Virus record (IMG/VR): IMGVR_UViG_3300028590_000009
Location: 1 to 64,000 of that record
Direction: 5' to 3' (one strand)
DNA: 64,000 nt
Source of the DNA: a virus
Part shown: piece after piece, positions 58,691 through 64,000 of the stretch
Layout of the letters: each line of letters begins with the position of its first letter
Numbering within the stretch: the first letter of the stretch is position 1
Notes under the pieces: generated by a model
Database searches by the model: none
Told to the model about the DNA's origin: nothing
What the model saw: only the letters and a program-made list of their open reading frames with translations
Made by a program: the position numbers and the translations under genes

Positions 58691-61600
58691 GTGCGAGACG
58701 ACGAGGATTTCTACGAGCGGATCGACGCCTACCACCGTGAATGCGGCGGCCAAGGCTGCGGCATCTGCGGCTACAGCGGCGAAATCGCTGTCCGAGTGCG
58801 ACTGGAGGACATCGCGTGAACATCACACGGCAGGTACAGAACCTCCTCGACACCAACGACATCCGCGTAACTGGACGCGTCGGCAGTGACGCCTACTTCG
58901 CGGGCGAATGCGACGAATGCACCGCCCTCGGCGTGGTCCACATCGAAACCGTGATCCCCGTCGGCATCGGCGTGGTCCGCGAAGACGGCACCTACTGCCT
59001 GCACTGCGCCATCGAGCACATCGACGAACTCACATGGCTGGGCAACACCGACGACATCACCGTCACCGTCCCCGCGTCCCTGATCGACGCCATCAACCCG
59101 CTCGCCGCCTGAAAGGCCACATCATGCGCGAATTCACCGAACTCGACGTCCGTCAGCTGCTCCAGCTCCCCGCCGACACCTTCCGCGTCCTCGTCGACAT
59201 CGACTGGGACGGCGACGACTTCAAAGACGTCCCCTGCTTCACCGACGACAGCCTCCCCGCCGCGATCCTCGTCAACTGGCAGGAACCCGCCGACCCGGAA
59301 GAACTCACCGAACACGGCTTCCGACCGGGCCACATCCTGCACGAGGAAGCCTATTCGGCGACCCACATGGCGGCTGCTCTCGCCCGAATCGTGGACGTGG
59401 CAGGCGATCACGACGGGGCGATAGAGGTCACCGTCAACTACTGGTGGCTGGCGTATGCGATGCCCGCCCAGGTTGCTGCGTGATCGGGCGCACGGACGAC
59501 GGACGGGCTGTCACCCATCTCGGTGACGGCCCGATCCGGGACCACGAAGGCTACGTCGTCGACACGGCGGTAGCTGACGGCGCGCACCTCATGCAGTTGC
59601 GGATTGCGCTCGACAACACGCCCTGTCGCGGCATCCGCGCAGACCTGAATACGCAAGCAGTGGCCGAACTTCGGGACCGCTGCAACCAATTCCTCACAAT
59701 CCAGGAGACGAAATGACGAGCCTCGAAAAGGTCGCGCCGAACGCGACCCTTCCCAGCGAGTATCGCCCGTTCACGGTCGCCGATCTCGGTATCGGCGCTT
59801 CAGGATGGGTGGTTCCGTGGGCGTTGATCGTGGACAGCGAAAACCGGATGTGGATCAACCCGCGCCACACCGTCGCGTCGGATCGCCAGGGCATGTCGAG
59901 CGTGTTCGTGTCCCGTTGGCACGACGGCTACCACGTGACGATCGATGAGCCCGAGATCCGATACGTGTGCCGCATCGACGCAGGATCGCCCGACGCCAAG
60001 GCCGTTGTCGGACTGACCATCTACGAAGCGGAGAAGAAGTGATGCAGATCCCGAATCCGATCCGCGCCATCCTGTCCCGTCTCACCGCCTATTCGGGCGA
60101 GTCCGCGGAGCAACGGTTGCTTGCTCGCCTGTCTGACCTCGCCGCTGATCTCACCTGGGAGTTGAACCCGCGCGGGCAGCAACTCGCGGCAGCCGTCGAC
60201 ACCTACAAGATGGAGACCGGGCGATGAGCGAGCATGTCACCGAATCCACTCGTTATGCGATCCGTCTGCCCAATGGCGAACTGGCGGATGACTTCGTGGG
60301 CGATCGACACGACGCCTACCTGCACGCGCTGCCCGACGGTAACCGCCCGTACGTTTGGGACGAGGCAGGCGATGCCCGGAAGTGCTTCGAACGCATCGGT
60401 ACCGAAGTCAACTTTCACGGCATGCGAGCCCTGTTCGAGGAGCATGCTGCTGTCGTCCGAATCGACATCCGCACCGTGCACACGATGGATGTACAGACCG
60501 TCGCCGAGGATGCCCCGATCGTGGAGGCGGAAGTCGCTGAGGTGAGCGTGCCGCGCTGGTTCGATCGCGCCGAGGATGTGCCCGTTGGTGTGCCAGTGCA
60601 GGCGGTCGGCTGGCCTTCGTCCGCGCCGCCCTTTATCCGCAACAGTGATGGCGTCTGGGGGCGTGTCGACGGCCTCTCGATGCATCTCCCGCCCGAGCAG
60701 GACCGGGACGCCTACCTCAATGGCGTATGGAGTCCGACCGGGACAGGGTTCGTGGAGATCCTGCCCGAGCCTGCCGAGCCCGGACCGCGCACGTGGGCGA
60801 CGGCCGAGGAGATCCCCTTCGGTGCGCAGTTTCGAGGCGTCGACTCCATTTCGGGCGCGGTGCTCACTCGCGGCAGGGGCGGTGCACGCACCGACAACCC
60901 GAGCCCGATGACCGAGGGGTACCACTACTCGACGGACACGCTCAACGATTTGTGCCCCAAAGGTTTCGTGGAGGTTCTGTCGTGAACGGCCTCTATTGCG
61001 CATGGTGCAAGCACGTCATCGGCTCGGACGAGCCCACCTGCGAACACTGCCGAGACGAATCCCCCTAAAGCCTGCCCACTCTGGCCGCAGCCCCAGGATT
61101 CGCGCGCTGGCTGGCCGAGTAGCAGGAGGAGCGCGGCGCCCGAGATGACCAACCTTTCGGGCGCCGCCCCTACCAACAGACAAGGAACCCAATGGAACTG
61201 ACATTGAAAGTCCCCGGCAAAGTCGCCAACACAGACGACACCACCAGCTGGGATCGCGGCGACATCGACATCACATTCGACACCGAATACGTCGAACTTA
61301 CTTACTGGGCCAACCGTTCGACGCAGGGCGCTCGAATCCCCATTGCCGAATTCCTCGCCATCGCCGAACTCGTGAAAGCGCAGACGCGATGACCGACGAC
61401 CTCGGTACGCAGATCGCCCTCGCCGCCGCGCATGGTCTGGCTGTCGAATTCAGCGGAACCACAGACCGCCTGATCACGACCCTGAAGCACGATTCCGACC
61501 GCTACCAGGTGATGTCGAACGCGCTGCGTGATTTCGCCGACCAGCTCGACAGCCGCGACACCGCTGAACGGCTCTACGCCCTCCTGTGCCGCATCGAAGA

Positions 61601-62537
61601 ACTCGGCCCGGAACGCGCGGCAACCCTGTCGCGGCAAGTCAACTACTTCAACCCCGAAAGCCTCCGCATCGACCTCGATGCCGAATGGAGCGAATGATGC
61701 GCTGGCTGCACGAGAACACCGACAAGCAGCATCGCTGCCCGAAATGTCATTGCGTCATGCCGTGGCGGTACAGGCCCGTCCGCAAATGGCTGTTCGGGGA
61801 CATGGAAGGGCTCACGGAACTTCTGTACCGCGATGGGCTGCGATGGCTTTGGCGCAAATGGAAGCGTATCGACATCCTTCTGCCCCGCCGCTGCCGTGAA
61901 TGCATGGACGTGATCGCCGTCCCGACCTGGCTGGCTCGAATCCTCCGAATCAAGGAGTCCTGATGGACTACAACTTCCGCCTAATCCGCACCGTCTACGA
62001 ACACCTGCTCGCTCACCCCGACGACCATGACCAGGGCACGTGGGCGCAATGCGTCGCAGGCCACACCATCCGCCTATCCGGGACTGATTGGGCGTTGATC
62101 CGCGACAGCCGCAAACATGTCGACGGCTCCGAAGTCACCAACATGCGTACCGGGGAACCCGCCGACACCGAAGACGTTGCCGCCGTCCTGCTCGGCATGG
62201 ACATCACGCAAGCCCGCGGACTGTTCGCGTGCGACAACCGGTTGGCCGTCGACTGGTTGGGCGACATTCTGGCCGCGCACGAAACGATCGTCCTCGACCA
62301 GCTCGCCGCGGAGATGGCATGAGCAGCGTCGGCGGCTACTCCTCTCGACGTTACGAGACTCTGGAAGACCTCGCCGAACGCCTCGACTGGACCGCGAAGA
62401 ACAGTCCCGAGTTCGAGAAGGTGTTGCGCGAATACCTGGGCGTGCTGCACGGAAGCATGCAGATCCGGGCCGCGATGGACGACCATCAGCCGCCCGTCGA
62501 GCGCCGACACAACAACAAGCTGAGGAACGCGGCCTGA
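58691..62537 (+). CDS. rightward run of about 13 small hypothetical genes
   Basis: 58691-58819, 58816-59112, 59124-59483, 59480-59716, 59713-60042, 60042-60227, 60224-60985, 61192-61392, 61389-61697, 61694-61963, 61963-62322, 62319-62537. Confidence 0.62.
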
Positions 62538-62791
62538 CGGCGTCCTCGCTCGGACTCAAGTAGCAAACTCCCTCAACCGTTTTCGGCGGGTGTCGCACGT
62601 TGTCTGCAACTCAGTGTGTACGCTAAACTTAAGTACACACCACAGACTCAACGACGACACCCGCCACACTCACCCCCGGAGGACGACGTGAACACCAGAG
62701 CCATACTCCTCACCCCGATCGCCCTCCTCGCCGTGCCGATACTCCTGCTCGCCGGCATCATCCTCGCCATCGGTATTGCGGTGGTGCGCAA

Positions 62792-63136
62792 GTGAAGGCC
62801 CTGAAAGACGACCCGTTCAAAGGCGCCCCGTGCGTGAGTGAAGGCCACCAGCAGTGGATGGTCGAAAATCGGGGTGCGTCGCGTTGGGATTATGTGATTC
62901 CGGGGGAGTCGGAACGTCAGCAGGCGATTCGGCGGGCGTCGTCGGTGCGGGTGTGCAAGTCGTGTCCTGCGTTGAAGGCGTGCGAGGAGTTGCATGCGAC
63001 GTTCGAGCGTATCGACGGGCATCGACCGTCTCAAATCTGGGCGGGCAAAGTGTATTCGGAGAAGCTGCCGAAACTCGACAACGTTGACATGCCGCCGCTG
63101 CCCACCTACTCGCGTGACGAGTTGGAGGCGGCGTGA
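62792..63136 (+). CDS. WhiB-like protein
   Basis: C...CKSCPALKAC and QIWAG (variant of G[IV]WGG). Confidence 0.7.
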   Translation: MKALKDDPFKGAPCVSEGHQQWMVENRGASRWDYVIPGESERQQAIRRASSVRVCKSCPALKACEELHATFERIDGHRPSQIWAGKVYSEKLPKLDNVDMPPLPTYSRDELEAA

Positions 63137-63707
63137 GCGAGCATCGGCAACGCGAATACCGCAAAACCGGGAGCACCTATACGGCGATCTGTGTGTGCGG
63201 GGTGCAGAAGTCAGGACCGGACCGGAACACGGCACAAGTGGCGCTGTACAGCCACATCATCGATGCAGGTCGGGAATGCCCGACACCGGAGAAGAAACAG
63301 TATCCGTGCGAGGAACACGCCCGCAACGCCATCTACAGCTTCCTTCGCCGCCCCAAACCAGGTGCACGACCCGCACGGGTCTACCTGTGCCCGTCCGGGC
63401 GGCATTGGCACACGACGAAACAGGCGGCACCGGAAAGGCGGGCGGCATGAGCGCGCAAACAGGCGAGCGGGTCGAGTCGATCGAGCAGTTCGACTGGACG
63501 CGGCCGTGCGAATCCCGTGCCCACAAACAGAATCCGCCACCCGCCAACTTCCTGGTCGACATCCACGGCTGCCTTGCGAAATTCGCTTGCCTCGACTGTG
63601 TGCGCTTTGACCAGACGGAGTTCGCCCGCCACGGTGGGTTCACCTGTCGTCACTGCGGCAAGTTCTTTGCCACATGGGCGGAAGCGGAACAGGTGATGCC
63701 ACTGTGA
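63133..63707 (+). CDS. two small Cys-rich hypothetical proteins
   Basis: 63133-63450 (CPTPEKK.Y...RVYLCPSG.HWHTT) and 63447-63707. Confidence 0.6.
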
Positions 63708-64000
63708 CCGCGACCTACACCCTCGACATTCCGATCTTGCGTCCGCCGTTGACGTCGAATCAGCAGCGTGGCGCGCATTGGACGCGGGTGCGTGAGGCGC
63801 GCAAGGAGGTCGGGCAGTGGGTGCGTTTGGTGGGTGGTGGTGATCTGCCCCGTATCGAACGCTGTCACGTGACGGTCACATGGCATGCCCCGGACAAGCG
63901 GATCCGCGACGCTGGCTCGATCTCAGCATTCGGGAAAGCCGTCATCGACGAACTCGTTGATCTCGGCGTTTTGACCAAAGACGACGCGAGATACGTCCTG
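63704..64000 (+). CDS. RusA-like Holliday junction resolvase (partial)
   Basis: PPLTSN, RIRD...K..ID.LV..GVL..DD; runs off the window end. Confidence 0.75.
   Translation, partial: MTATYTLDIPILRPPLTSNQQRGAHWTRVREARKEVGQWVRLVGGGDLPRIERCHVTVTWHAPDKRIRDAGSISAFGKAVIDELVDLGVLTKDDARYVL

Noticed and set aside
1-64000. Genome-wide stop-codon reassignment
   Set aside because: TAG ends several clear genes (for example at 4659, 6381, 15276, 23596, 31394) and no suppressor tRNA was seen.

Overview
This window is about 64 kb of a temperate, high-GC actinobacterial siphophage. The host is probably Nocardia or a close relative, inferred from the XRE-DUF5753/DUF397 cassette and other accessory genes. It runs from the last codons of the probable portal gene to a RusA-like gene cut by the window end. 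Gene order: head/neck/tail module (tail assembly chaperone with a -1 frameshift; 1773-aa tape measure with peptidase and transglycosylase domains), lysis cassette embedded among minor tail genes, early accessory genes with RtcB, a leftward membrane cassette, excisionase-integrase with an apparently intact attP, two leftward HTH regulators, RecE/RecT, DnaQ, HNH, replication initiator, C5 methyltransferase, then about 60 small genes including HicB-like, SLOG, MarR and WhiB-like proteins. Most unusual observations: (1) a 159-aa mini-intein in a virion tail protein, with rare-codon flanks; (2) a non-coding second copy of the iteron/origin-like segment of the rep gene, about 20.6 kb away; (3) a bipartite motif with fixed 19-bp spacing at nine intergenic sites, two of them with leaderless-promoter geometry; (4) an alternative-frame gene nested in the methyltransferase; (5) about 27 proteins ending in Ala-Ala; (6) a hairpin loop complementary to downstream Shine-Dalgarno sites. 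Family assignments come from motif recognition by eye, not from database searches.
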